Below are positions 20,236 to 29,976 of a stretch of DNA of 64,000 nt, piece after piece. Within the stretch, counting starts at the first letter, position 1. Each line of letters opens with the position of its first letter. This stretch comes from Candidatus Hermodarchaeota archaeon. Its GTDB lineage: Archaea; Asgardarchaeota; Hermodarchaeia; Hermodarchaeales; Hermodarchaeaceae. The position numbers were made by a program, and so were the translations under genes. The stretch covers positions 128,001-192,000 of the forward strand of contig JAEOTO010000032.1 of assembly GCA_016839805.1 (NCBI GenBank), written 5' to 3'. Under the pieces are notes generated by a model. The model was not told the origin of the DNA and searched no databases. It saw only the letters and a program-made list of their open reading frames with translations.

Positions 20236-21966
20236 GTGTCTGTGAAAACTAGAGTCTTACTCTTACTCATTCTTGTATGCTTACCTATGGCATTCGCAAT
20301 CATACCACCTACGAAAGCAGATTCCCCCCAACTAATAATCACTGATATTCAACGAACCGCCTGGATCCAGGAATATGGAATGCTGTTGATAACAGATAAC
20401 ATCACGGTTTTCAACCCTAGTCCTGAACCGGCATTCTATGTTTACACTGCATATCCACTGGCTGAAATTTCTAAGGTGATGACTTTTCGTTCACGAACTG
20501 TAAATGGGACTGACCTGTTTTCACAAAGAATACCATCAATTGGACCAAACTGCACAGGATGGAAGGTCTTTCTGCCTGAACCAATAATGGCAGAGAAGTC
20601 TGTTACTTTCACGGCACAAATGTCACTTGAAGGAGCAATTCGACAGGATAACATTAACCCGACTGTGAATTTTTCGTCAGTTCCGACTAGTCCTTATTTT
20701 ATCCAGAGCTATACTACCCAGTTGACCTACGATGAAGATTTACTAACATTGCCATCACAGACCACATGGACGGGAATTGACGTCCATCCATACTCCTTTT
20801 CTGAAATTTCCGCTAATCTTGAATACGTAGCCAATACGTTTCGACCCATAATTACGTATCTAGAACTTAGACGAGTGTTGTACATTGATGAATGGGGCTA
20901 TTTGTTTGCCCACGAAGAACACACATTCAGACTTGATAGTCCAAACCCAAGATTTACTGAAAACCTTGCTCAAAATTGGAATTCAATCACATTGACACTG
21001 CCCAGAGGAAGTGAATTTATTCGCGCCTTTGAAGGTGTTGCAAATCTATCAAGCCAAATAGTTGTTCCCCCCACTATTACGGATTCTGGATTAATTAATG
21101 TCGGATTCCAGTATCGTATTAAAGAAGGAGATGTTTACCAATTCTTCCTTCAATACCGGATGCCCCTTGATAATTACCAACAAATTTTACAAACGGGCCA
21201 GTTCCTTGTCTTTAATCCCTATTATGAAGAGCCCTTCCTCATTCGTTCGCAAATCACTGAGTTCCTTTTACCAATAGGAACGTGGTTACAAGGAATTCCG
21301 GTTGGAGCTGAAACAACAATTACTCCTACTGGACAGTATTTAGTTAGATTCCTAGACGCTAATGTAACTTCATTAAGTCAAGGAGAAATTAGTCTTTACT
21401 ACGTCTATTCCATTCAACCTGCGCTTGTTCGCCCTATGCTATTATTCATTATCTTTAGCGCCATCTGTCTGGCTTATGTTGCCGCTCGTCGTATACCCTT
21501 CTTCCGCGAAGAGGAGGAAATCATTGCTCCCGTGCCCGAGGTAGATCCAGCGATTCTTAGTGAATTTTGTGCCTTATATGGCGAAAAAATCGCATTATTA
21601 TTGCAAACAGAACGGCTTGAACAATCCATGCTTCAGGGTAAAATTTCAAAGCCTAGATATCGTAAAGAAAAGAAAAACTTTGAACGGAAATCCCGTGCTC
21701 TTGAGCGGGATTTAGAAAACCGAACCCAACCGCTAATTGAGGCAGGAGGAAAATACGAGTCTAGCTGTCGTCAACTCGAAATCTTAGAAGCCGAAAGGGT
21801 CAGCGCGATCGAAGCTTTACATGCTCTTGAACAACGCTATCGACAGAAACGGATAACCGCCTCAGTATACCAGAAATTACGAAAGGATATCCAAAAACGA
21901 CGGGATAAAGCTGTCTCACGAATGGATCGCATCCTTCTTACTTTACGCGAAGAACTCATTGAGTAG
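20236..21966 (+). CDS. Ribophorin I (OST1/RPN1)-like membrane protein
   Basis: Signal peptide, two luminal beta domains with ELRRVLYIDEWG..EEH (cf. ribophorin I R.IEVSHWG..EE), one TM, C-terminal coiled coil. Confidence 0.7.
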   Translation: MSVKTRVLLLLILVCLPMAFAIIPPTKADSPQLIITDIQRTAWIQEYGMLLITDNITVFNPSPEPAFYVYTAYPLAEISKVMTFRSRTVNGTDLFSQRIPSIGPNCTGWKVFLPEPIMAEKSVTFTAQMSLEGAIRQDNINPTVNFSSVPTSPYFIQSYTTQLTYDEDLLTLPSQTTWTGIDVHPYSFSEISANLEYVANTFRPIITYLELRRVLYIDEWGYLFAHEEHTFRLDSPNPRFTENLAQNWNSITLTLPRGSEFIRAFEGVANLSSQIVVPPTITDSGLINVGFQYRIKEGDVYQFFLQYRMPLDNYQQILQTGQFLVFNPYYEEPFLIRSQITEFLLPIGTWLQGIPVGAETTITPTGQYLVRFLDANVTSLSQGEISLYYVYSIQPALVRPMLLFIIFSAICLAYVAARRIPFFREEEEIIAPVPEVDPAILSEFCALYGEKIALLLQTERLEQSMLQGKISKPRYRKEKKNFERKSRALERDLENRTQPLIEAGGKYESSCRQLEILEAERVSAIEALHALEQRYRQKRITASVYQKLRKDIQKRRDKAVSRMDRILLTLREELIE

Positions 21967-22033
21967 CTAGTTTCCTCCACTGCCGAAACAATGAAAAACC
22001 CCAAACGAAAAGGATTCGATTTAGAGCTAGTCT

Positions 22034-22170
22034 AGCCCGGTAGTGTAGAACCCTTAAAGATTAGAACCTTTGAGGTGCACTATGGTCAATCATCCGGGGC
22101 TTTGGAACTGTGAATTCAATGGCAGTGAAGTTACCCCGGGACCGCGGTTCGAATCCGCGCCGGGCTACCA
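22034..22170 (+). tRNA. tRNA-Gln(UUG) with two introns: 34 nt in the D-loop at 15/16 (22049-22082) and 27 nt at 37/38 (22106-22132)
   Basis: Acceptor AGCCCGG/CCGGGCT-ACCA; BHBs GTGT/GCAC (AG|A, TA|T) and CTTT/GAAG (GG|A, TT|A). Confidence 0.92.
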
Positions 22171-22176
22171 CTCTTA

Positions 22177-23010
22177 TTATTTTGTATTTAGACGGGGATG
22201 CCAATGGGATGCCTTGACTTTGTGGGTTTGAGAATCCCATTCCGTGAGTATGTTCACAGCTTCACAGGCTGTTTGACTAGCTTCTTTTTCACCGTGCGTA
22301 GCGAATTCCTCAGTTTCACGATTTGCAAACACAGCACAGACAGCGCCACTCCGTAATCCAAAGAGATTTGATAACGTAAAAATTGTTGAACATTCCATCT
22401 CAAAGTTGAGAACGCCAGCGGCTTTTAGATCTGGTATGATGTCTTGCATATAGGACTGCCAATAACCACCGAACCCAGGACGGCCCTGTCCGGTAAAAAA
22501 GCTATCTGTACTACACGTGATACCCACATGATAACGATATCCGAAACTTTCTGCGGCTTCGATTAGTGCTAAGACTACTTGGTGGTGTGCAAAAGCTGGA
22601 AACCGTGGAGTGATATACTGTGTACTGGTTCCCTCGTTGCGAATGGCACCGGTTGTGATTACCAAATCACCAACACTAATGTCTTTACGGATTGCTCCGG
22701 AACTACCTACTCGGATAAGCGTTTTGGCACCAATCGTTGCCAGTTCTTCAATGGCAATTGCCGTTGCAGGACAACCAATTCCTGTTGATGTGGTGGATAT
22801 GGGAACAGTCTTGTATTTACCAGTATAGGTTACATAGCTTCGTTTACTCGCTATTTTCCTAGCTGAATCCCATAGTCCAGATATTAGTTTAGCACGATCC
22901 GGATCACCTGGCAAAAGCACGAAAGAGGCGATATCACCTAGTTTTAGTCCAACATGATATTGTATTTTTTCCGAGTTTTGGGGTCGACTTGCGGATTCCC
23001 ATTTTTTCAT
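22177..23010 (-). CDS. udp: Uridine phosphorylase
   Basis: QYHV, LLPGDPDR, STGIGCP, IRVGSSG, NFEME. Confidence 0.92.
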   Translation of the reverse strand: MKKWESASRPQNSEKIQYHVGLKLGDIASFVLLPGDPDRAKLISGLWDSARKIASKRSYVTYTGKYKTVPISTTSTGIGCPATAIAIEELATIGAKTLIRVGSSGAIRKDISVGDLVITTGAIRNEGTSTQYITPRFPAFAHHQVVLALIEAAESFGYRYHVGITCSTDSFFTGQGRPGFGGYWQSYMQDIIPDLKAAGVLNFEMECSTIFTLSNLFGLRSGAVCAVFANRETEEFATHGEKEASQTACEAVNILTEWDSQTHKVKASHWHPRLNTK

Positions 23011-23037
23011 CCCTCCACCTCCTTGGAGGGTTTTATT

Positions 23038-23643
23038 CTAACGTGTTCCTCGTCTATAACTGGGGCGTACTTTTCGCGTGGTTTTTTCTTCGCGTTCTTC
23101 AATCACACCTTTCTCGGTTAGATAGTCAATTGCTTTATCTACTTCATCACGGCTGATTTGAAGTGAATTTGCGATTTCTCCACGGGATTGCTCCTGGTTA
23201 TATGACTCAGTAATTTCATTTAGTAGTTTCTTACCGATGTATACATGTTTGCCCTGCGAGACGATTAGCAACCCCTGAAATCGCGATACTTTTGAAGAGG
23301 TCATTCGATTAAGTTCGAGTTCGATTTTGGTAGGAGTTTCATCTAATTTTTGGGCTAAATCAATTAGAGTAATTCTCTCCGCTTCTTCTAATTCCTGTTT
23401 TAGATTCTGGACAAAGGTCCTTCGACGATAGAATAATGCAAATCCGATAATTGATATAAGTGATATTAGAAGTATGACTATTCCCCAACTCATGATAGGA
23501 TTGAACAAAAATATATTCGATATCGCAGTGAACAATGCAGTGATATTCTGTGATTGAAAAAGTAGGACATCGATCACAATTAGGACAATAGCTATCCCGA
23601 AAAGAGTGAGAAGTATTTTCGAAAGTGCTGACTTAAGTGGCAT
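23038..23643 (-). CDS. Membrane protein, two N-terminal TM helices plus tandem wHTH-like domains
   Basis: Two hydrophobic segments; ITLIDLAQKL and RGEIANSLQISRDEVDKAIDYL..KGVI HTH patterns. Confidence 0.55.
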   Translation of the reverse strand: MPLKSALSKILLTLFGIAIVLIVIDVLLFQSQNITALFTAISNIFLFNPIMSWGIVILLISLISIIGFALFYRRRTFVQNLKQELEEAERITLIDLAQKLDETPTKIELELNRMTSSKVSRFQGLLIVSQGKHVYIGKKLLNEITESYNQEQSRGEIANSLQISRDEVDKAIDYLTEKGVIEEREEKTTRKVRPSYRRGTR

Positions 23644-23674
23644 ATTCGTACCTCAAATCAAGAAACTGATTGGG

Positions 23675-24448
23675 CTACCCAATGTAACTGGCGCTTTCCG
23701 TTTCGTCTCTTGGTTCTTGTCGTTCGCGTTGTTGAAGTAAGTGATACTTCACTTGTGCGAAGATTCCTTTCATTTCCTCAATTTTTTGTTCGAGTTCAGA
23801 AACATCAGCATTGATATTGAATCGGTTATTTAAGACTTCAATGATTAATTTTGATGCGCGTGGATCTAAGCGGAGTAATGGTACTGTTTCTGCTAGAAGG
23901 CAAACACCTTCTATGCCATATTTGAGTTTGGCCCATGCGGGGATGACGCCATTTGCACCATTGATAACGCCATCAGACATTGGTACAACATAATCTAGTT
24001 TTGTGAAGAATTCTTGGAATTCAGAACTTGTGGAAGAGACGAATACCTTGGGAGATTCGGGATATTCACCGGGAACATAAGCACCGGTTGCGGCAACCCT
24101 AGTTACGTTTAATTTCTTGAAAGTCTCTGCAATACGATCTGAGAATTCATAAATTCCCTGTGAAGTTGAAGGTTGGAAGTCACCTGAAACTAAGAGAATA
24201 TCTTGTTTTAAACTTGGATTTCGATGGAGATAGATTTGACATTCAGGAATTTTCATCATGCCTTCTTCATCGATCATAACATGTGGTGGAAAATCATCTG
24301 AAAGCACTTGAACTATGGGTTCAGCGTCTAGACTTCGAATAAGGACTTCAATGGCGAGTTTCCCTACACTGGCAATTCCAGGCATTCCAACTAGAGCAAT
24401 TGGATCTCGAATTCCAGTGACCTTTTTGAGCCAAATAATCTCAATCAT
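23675..24448 (-). CDS. PAC2-family proteasome assembly chaperone
   Basis: GMPGIASVGKLA, FPPHV, GDFQP, GANG, CLLAET, DPRAS. Confidence 0.9.
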   Translation of the reverse strand: MIEIIWLKKVTGIRDPIALVGMPGIASVGKLAIEVLIRSLDAEPIVQVLSDDFPPHVMIDEEGMMKIPECQIYLHRNPSLKQDILLVSGDFQPSTSQGIYEFSDRIAETFKKLNVTRVAATGAYVPGEYPESPKVFVSSTSSEFQEFFTKLDYVVPMSDGVINGANGVIPAWAKLKYGIEGVCLLAETVPLLRLDPRASKLIIEVLNNRFNINADVSELEQKIEEMKGIFAQVKYHLLQQRERQEPRDETESASYIG

Positions 24449-24537
24449 AGCAAGCCCCTGCAGGACGATATGGCTTCATGAAGATTGGATTTAAACTTTA
24501 TGTACCAGGTGTTCCGTTGAACATGAAAACCAATTTT

Positions 24538-25545
24538 TCATTGATTGGTGATTCCGGAGGAGTATGCGGGAATTAAATCTATACGTTGACGGATTACCTT
24601 CACCAAGGTGGTTTTGATTTTTTCTTGGTTCAAAGGTAGCACTTCGAAAAAGTCATCCTGGATACGTCCGATGTTTTTTCGCAGTGTTTCAGGTACTACC
24701 ATGATTAAATCGTGATTATTTGCATATTCTCCTGCGAGTATTTTCAATTGCTCCTTTTCGCCATCGAAGAAATGTAACCCGAGACGGAGGTCAGGAATAT
24801 AGAATACATGTCTTGATGTTTCTTGGAATTGGAGATTTAATTCCTTCAGAATACCCTTTATTATATGATCAAAATATGTGCCCAAGGCTTTTGATCTATC
24901 GAAGAAATAGAGAATTTCGTGACCACAAACTTCTCGTTGAACACCGATTCTTTTAGCGACTTCCTTGACGTTTTCTAAGGGACTGTTTAGGTATCTTGAG
25001 AAATAACGTTCAGTCCAATATGTTTTGATTGCATTTCGCAAGTGTACGTAGAGATCTTTTTGTTTTTTACTGAAATGTTCATCCGTGGTATTTCTAGTGG
25101 GGATAGATGATTTTAAGGCCTTGAGAAATGGTAGAGGACGCCCGTTCGTTTTAATTTGGAACCAGTTTTCCAGTGAGTCTATAAAACGATGGAGATTTGC
25201 AGTGGTTAATTCCTGTACAGAGATTGCATATTCGATATTCGGAATTTCTAGAACATTCTGTTTAAGTTCGGAGACAGCCCGCATTAGTTGTAGTTTAAAT
25301 TTCGTTGGTCCAGGAACGAAAAATGTTAATCGAACTTTGAGCGGCGTTCTTATTTGGAGAACCCAACGAATTGTAGATACGTCCAATTGTTTTGTGGAAA
25401 ACAGGATTAATTCTTTGGCTTCAGTAATGAATATTTCAGTAATTTGACATCCAAGTGCATCTTGTGAAATTACAAAATCAATTCCACGTTTTTTTAAACC
25501 CTTTATGAAGACTGAGGTATAATCCTGGAGTGACGAATACGTCAT
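24538..25545 (-). CDS. Hypothetical protein
   Basis: 335-aa ORF filling the gap; no recognised family. Confidence 0.6.
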   Translation of the reverse strand: MTYSSLQDYTSVFIKGLKKRGIDFVISQDALGCQITEIFITEAKELILFSTKQLDVSTIRWVLQIRTPLKVRLTFFVPGPTKFKLQLMRAVSELKQNVLEIPNIEYAISVQELTTANLHRFIDSLENWFQIKTNGRPLPFLKALKSSIPTRNTTDEHFSKKQKDLYVHLRNAIKTYWTERYFSRYLNSPLENVKEVAKRIGVQREVCGHEILYFFDRSKALGTYFDHIIKGILKELNLQFQETSRHVFYIPDLRLGLHFFDGEKEQLKILAGEYANNHDLIMVVPETLRKNIGRIQDDFFEVLPLNQEKIKTTLVKVIRQRIDLIPAYSSGITNQ

Positions 25546-25558
25546 TGATGATCAAAAG

Positions 25559-25590
25559 TAAGGTCATGAAATAGTACATAAGGTCATGAA
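25559..25590. repeat. Exact 12-bp direct repeat TAAGGTCATGAA x2 (20-bp period)
   Basis: Copies at 25559-25570 and 25579-25590, just upstream of the 335-aa gene. Confidence 0.8.
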
Positions 25591-25678
25591 TTTTTCAAAG
25601 AGAAACGTAATGTCATTGAATACTATCATAATGTCTGTAACACAACTTGAAATTTCAATGAATTAAGAGCTATGATTA

Positions 25679-26539
25679 TTACGGATCAATAAACAGGTAG
25701 GCGCTTTCCTCATAACGTCGCCCGTTTATTATCGTACCAGGATCTTTCTTGATAATCTGCTTCCTTTCCAGATATTCCTTCAGTTTTTGGTTGGCTTTAC
25801 TGAGGTTTACCTGGTTTAACCATGATAAAGGAATATTCACAAATAATGGCCGCGCGGGGACAACATGACGAGTGGTTTTCTGCGCAAAAATCTCTTTCTT
25901 TAAAGCTCCTTCAAGTACTTCTTTTTTTGTTAGTGAAGGAACAATTAGTACTAGCCGGCTTCCGGATCGAATACTTTCATTAGCATCGGATTCTGTACTA
26001 TAGAGCAGATGATAACCAATTTGTTCAGCGAGGAATTCAATTTTTGCAATCTCGTCATAAATTTCCTTTATTGATAAAGACTTAGACGAGGTAAGTAGAT
26101 AGGATTTTTTGCCTTTAGCTAAGGCTGCATGTACTTCTCGGTTTTTAACGAGTTCAAAGGCTGTTTCAGATGGTGAAGAGCGAATAGTAAAAGGGGTCTC
26201 TGTGGTAATTTTATCTGTAAATTCGATAGATGAGATTCCATTATCGAATTCTCTGTACCAAGCAAAAAGCTCGATCGCGGGATTATGATAGTCAACAAGA
26301 CATACAGGTGCCAACTTGAAATTGAGATTTTTTAGAGCAGCAACGCGGTGCATACCATCTAATACAACTAAAGTATCTGAATCTACGATTATTGGATGCT
26401 TGAGTAATTGTTCAGCTACTAGTTGTTCACTTAATTCCTTGAGTGCTGTAGGTATTGTTTCTTCATGAACAAATAGAGATTCGATTGAGACGAGTGTAAT
26501 TTCCATAAACAGTTGTGGAGTTTCAATAATTACACCCAT
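25679..26539 (-). CDS. ParB/Srx-fold protein resembling ADP-dependent free serine kinase SerK
   Basis: HEE, LDGMHR, VDY..WY, LTKKEV, FAQKTTRHV motifs as in SerK. Confidence 0.7.
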   Translation of the reverse strand: MGVIIETPQLFMEITLVSIESLFVHEETIPTALKELSEQLVAEQLLKHPIIVDSDTLVVLDGMHRVAALKNLNFKLAPVCLVDYHNPAIELFAWYREFDNGISSIEFTDKITTETPFTIRSSPSETAFELVKNREVHAALAKGKKSYLLTSSKSLSIKEIYDEIAKIEFLAEQIGYHLLYSTESDANESIRSGSRLVLIVPSLTKKEVLEGALKKEIFAQKTTRHVVPARPLFVNIPLSWLNQVNLSKANQKLKEYLERKQIIKKDPGTIINGRRYEESAYLFIDP

Positions 26540-26611
26540 CTAAACATACTCCAAATAGTACGTTTTGATTTCACGGTTTATTATGTCTTTAAGTTCTAGT
26601 CTTGAACCTGA

Positions 26612-26821
26612 CTAAGCTATAATCACGTCTTCTTCTTGTCGTAGAACCATTAGACGCGTTACATATCCTGCTATCCGATTTCGTAGACGTTTTGTCGTAT
26701 TAGTTAAGAGTTCATCGACCACTGCTTTGTTTTGATTAAAGTCAGTCGTAAAACTATCTGAATACCTCTCGACAAGCTCTCTTGAAAGGCGTTTGACTAG
26801 GACTGTTCTAACTTTACCCAC
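26612..26821 (-). CDS. rps17e: Ribosomal protein eS17
   Basis: MGKVRT..FTTDFNQNK..KRLRNRIAGYVTR; GGAGG SD. Confidence 0.97.
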   Translation of the reverse strand: MGKVRTVLVKRLSRELVERYSDSFTTDFNQNKAVVDELLTNTTKRLRNRIAGYVTRLMVLRQEEDVIIA

Positions 26822-27122
26822 AGTCTTTTCCTCCTGCTAGTGATTTTGATGTATCGCGATATAATTTGTAAGCTATTAGGGTTTTGAACGACTAAGGTTT
26901 TTTTCATACAAGTACACGAATCAATACCGATGTGTAGTAAATGCGAGAGATAGTAGGTCCCTTGGGACTAAGGCTCACCTGTGGTGTTAAACTGAAAACC
27001 TACTAGGTATTTGGGAGTTCTGAAAAATCAAACAATAATTTCTTGGTTTAGAATTAACTGATTCTGTTTTTAAGTAAAAGTAGAAAATTTTAATAGACTG
27101 CTATAAAGACAAGGTCCAGGCT

Positions 27123-27229
27123 GCCGCGTTAGTGTAGCCAGGTCAATCATCTGAGGCTCTCGACCTTAGGACCGGGGTTCGAATCCTTCTAGGTTATTCT
27201 AGTTGGAGACACTCCCCGACGCGGCACCA
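27123..27229 (+). tRNA. tRNA-Glu(CUC) with a 29-nt T-loop intron (about 59/60; 27184-27212)
   Basis: Acceptor GCCGCGT/ACGCGGC-ACCA, anticodon arm TGAGG-CT-CTC-GA-CCTTA; the insertion splits TTCGAA|T and forms only an imperfect BHB. Confidence 0.88.
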
Positions 27230-27263
27230 TTCTCCTTCTAGGTCTTGTCGTTTGTTTGGTAAC

Positions 27264-28859
27264 TCATTTCATTGTCAAATATGCACTCAGTTGTTTTAGA
27301 GATTGGTTAGAGAAGTCTGTGTGGAAAATCTTACACTCCTTTTCTAATTTATTAAAGAGCCGTCTACAGTATCGAGAAAATGATTTCCAATAATCTGTTA
27401 AGGCAAATATCGCGAAAATATTTGTGTATTGAGAATTCCTCAACAAATATTCCCTTAATTGTTCAAGAAGCTTAGATTGGTTTTCTATTAATACTGACCC
27501 AGGAATTTCATTCTGTGCAATCGGGTATACATTCGTAATTTCGAGGGGAATAAGCCCAAAATAAGGAGAGAGAAAAAGAACATCAAAAAGGATTGAATTA
27601 CTGACCTTTGTTTTTGAGTATTGGTTCTTGAACCGTTCAAATTCTATTGCTTTATGGTACGGTCTCTTTTTAGGAGCAGAGATTATTATGAGATTTTCCA
27701 GCTTTCTAGGAGGCGAGTATATCGTCATTCGAGTTTGATGTCGGATTATTTCAGGTTGAAAAACCGACCATTGACTCGTTATAAAGAGTGCACGTTTTTT
27801 TGTAACCGGTGAGTACTTCTCAAAAAAATTTTGATGCGATACTAATTTTTTCATCGCATCAACTAGCGCAGGATGGCTACTAAGTCGACTTTCAACTAAC
27901 CTCCAAAGACGCCCTTCACGGATAGCCTGTTTTATCCTCCTGATTTCATTTTGACAGATTCGCAGATTATGCTCAGCTAAGAGCTGGATACGATCTCTTT
28001 TGTCTAAATGTTTAATTTCTGATATCGAAAATCTGCTACAGGTAGGACAAGTACAAAAGTCATCATGGATTTCTTGAAGCTTGTAAGTACCTTCTGATGT
28101 AAGAATACGATCATGTTTTGCAAACAGCGCATAAGCTGCTGAATCAAAAAGATCACAGCCCATTGCCACGATAAGAGGAAAAATGAGGGGATGACCTGCT
28201 CCGAAAAGATGAACGGGTTTATCAACGGGAATATTGGTCTTGGCTGCCATTACGAGATCAACGAGGGCATCAAACTGATATTGTTCCATTAATTGTGTTG
28301 GACTACCAATTGCAATAATTGGAAAATCGAGTTTTACAATTTCCTGGGCGGATTTTACTACAAGATTGGGAAATGTCCCCCCTTGGATTGGACCAACCCA
28401 AAGAATATCAGGATTTGTCCGTTGTGATATTGATTCTCTTGCGCGACGTAAGGTTTCTTCTACAGTCTCCATTGCATCTTGATAATTAGCTTGACCACCA
28501 GTAGGAATGTCTAAAATTACTGCAATATCAGATTTGATTTCTTCTTGGAGATTAATGATTTGTTTTGGTGTTATTTCTACGTCGCCATATATTAGTAACT
28601 GATAGGCTCCTGAATCAGTCATTATAATACCAGGATAGTCCAAAATGTCATGGATTGAACCCTGTTTACCAGTCTTAGAAAGTAAGTAAGCATTCGTAAT
28701 AATTATCTTACAGCCGAATTCATCATACATTCTTCTTGGTGGAATCAGGACCCGTGTTGGGTGTACCACAGGTATGAAGGTAGGTGTTTCAACTATTCCA
28801 GTCTTGGTTCGGAATCGCGCGATTCTTGCCAGTAAATCCTTATGAATAATCTCAATCAT
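27264..28859 (-). CDS. tgtA: Archaeosine tRNA-guanine(15) transglycosylase
   Basis: ETPTFIPV, ITNAY, MTDSGAYQ, LDIPTGG, HLFGAGHP, DLFDSAAY, CTCPTC, AEHNL. Confidence 0.96.
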   Translation of the reverse strand: MIEIIHKDLLARIARFRTKTGIVETPTFIPVVHPTRVLIPPRRMYDEFGCKIIITNAYLLSKTGKQGSIHDILDYPGIIMTDSGAYQLLIYGDVEITPKQIINLQEEIKSDIAVILDIPTGGQANYQDAMETVEETLRRARESISQRTNPDILWVGPIQGGTFPNLVVKSAQEIVKLDFPIIAIGSPTQLMEQYQFDALVDLVMAAKTNIPVDKPVHLFGAGHPLIFPLIVAMGCDLFDSAAYALFAKHDRILTSEGTYKLQEIHDDFCTCPTCSRFSISEIKHLDKRDRIQLLAEHNLRICQNEIRRIKQAIREGRLWRLVESRLSSHPALVDAMKKLVSHQNFFEKYSPVTKKRALFITSQWSVFQPEIIRHQTRMTIYSPPRKLENLIIISAPKKRPYHKAIEFERFKNQYSKTKVSNSILFDVLFLSPYFGLIPLEITNVYPIAQNEIPGSVLIENQSKLLEQLREYLLRNSQYTNIFAIFALTDYWKSFSRYCRRLFNKLEKECKIFHTDFSNQSLKQLSAYLTMK

Positions 28860-28874
28860 TGCAAACGCAGTCTC

Positions 28875-29324
28875 TTATGTTGAACCCTCCTCAGTCTTTG
28901 ACTGTTGTTCTTCTACAAACCGCGTGTAAATTTTTCTAATTCGGTCTGCGAGCGGGCCTGTTCCTTCAACTCCATGTTCAGTAACCCTTACTTTATTTAA
29001 CACGACAATAACCCGTGCATCATCAAGAAATCTAACCTCTCCGGGGGGAAAGAGGGTTTCTAATTGCTCAGCCAACCCTTTCAAATCAAAAGGATCCTCA
29101 GTTTTTACTAGTTCTAGAATTGTATGACCAGTGACTACAATCCTGTGGTATAATTCCCCTTTTGCATCTCGGGCCTCGCTTAATACAACACTTAAGGTGT
29201 TTGGATCATAACCTCGCATCTTCCCTGTGAGTGTTTTTCCTGTGTTAGTGCTAACAGCCACAGTTGCCCCAATTAACGAGGCTAGCTCTTTGAAGAAGTG
29301 TCGAGCACCAGTGCTTTGCGCCAT
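28875..29324 (-). CDS. Lsm/Sm-like RNA-binding protein with C-terminal extension (SmAP3 type)
   Basis: Sm1/Sm2 motifs (GKTLTGKMRGYD..SVVL) plus a C-terminal domain; synteny with tgtA and rpo8. Confidence 0.88.
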   Translation of the reverse strand: MAQSTGARHFFKELASLIGATVAVSTNTGKTLTGKMRGYDPNTLSVVLSEARDAKGELYHRIVVTGHTILELVKTEDPFDLKGLAEQLETLFPPGEVRFLDDARVIVVLNKVRVTEHGVEGTGPLADRIRKIYTRFVEEQQSKTEEGST

Positions 29325-29428
29325 ATCTGTTCCTCCAGAAATTTTGTTTAGTTTAGTGATTATTCATCCGTTTTTATATGTTATTAAGCCACATTATGAG
29401 TATATTCGTATTTGAATCGGTGTGATAA

Positions 29429-29773
29429 TTGGTTTCAGGTAAGGGAATTGTAGAAAAACGGGAAACGCCACAAACTCAGATTTACCAGTATCTAATTAGC
29501 GTAGACAAACGAGTTCAGATTGAGTTTGAATTACCAGCTAGCATTGGATTACTTCAGGGAGGAGAGAAAGTAACAGTCTCAATTAGATCTAGTAAACCGA
29601 AACAAACGAAGGCCTTGCTTACCCTCCAAGGAGAGGTATACGAAATAGAAAAAACACGAACCAGCATAAGATACGTTATCTTTTTTTCTGGCTTGCAGGG
29701 AAGTATTACCGTGAAACGAAGCATTCCTGGAATGAAGCTGAAAAATCCTGTCTATCTTTTAATTTCAAAATAA
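29429..29773 (+). CDS. rpoG: RNA polymerase subunit Rpo8 (RpoG, Rpb8 homologue)
   Basis: OB-fold pattern LQGEVY..VIFFSGL..VYLLI matching Rpb8 GKVY..SFGGL..VYLL; next to Lsm and tgtA. Confidence 0.7.
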   Translation: MVSGKGIVEKRETPQTQIYQYLISVDKRVQIEFELPASIGLLQGGEKVTVSIRSSKPKQTKALLTLQGEVYEIEKTRTSIRYVIFFSGLQGSITVKRSIPGMKLKNPVYLLISK

Positions 29774-29976
29774 CATAATTTTAAAATTCAACAAACACAT
29801 GCAATGTGGCTCTTCTTCATTCGATTAGTTTCAACGCTGGGTCTCTCTAATTCTAGAATCCGTCAAAAAGGATACTCATGTCTGATTACCCGTATTATGA
29901 CTACACTAAAACAGACACTGTTGTGGCGAAAGTCAGGTTAATAATTGTTGCACTTTGAGAACCAGAACCGCTCAAA

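Noticed and set aside
25559-25640. CRISPR array
   Set aside because: Only two exact 12-bp units with an 8-bp spacer, and no cas genes.
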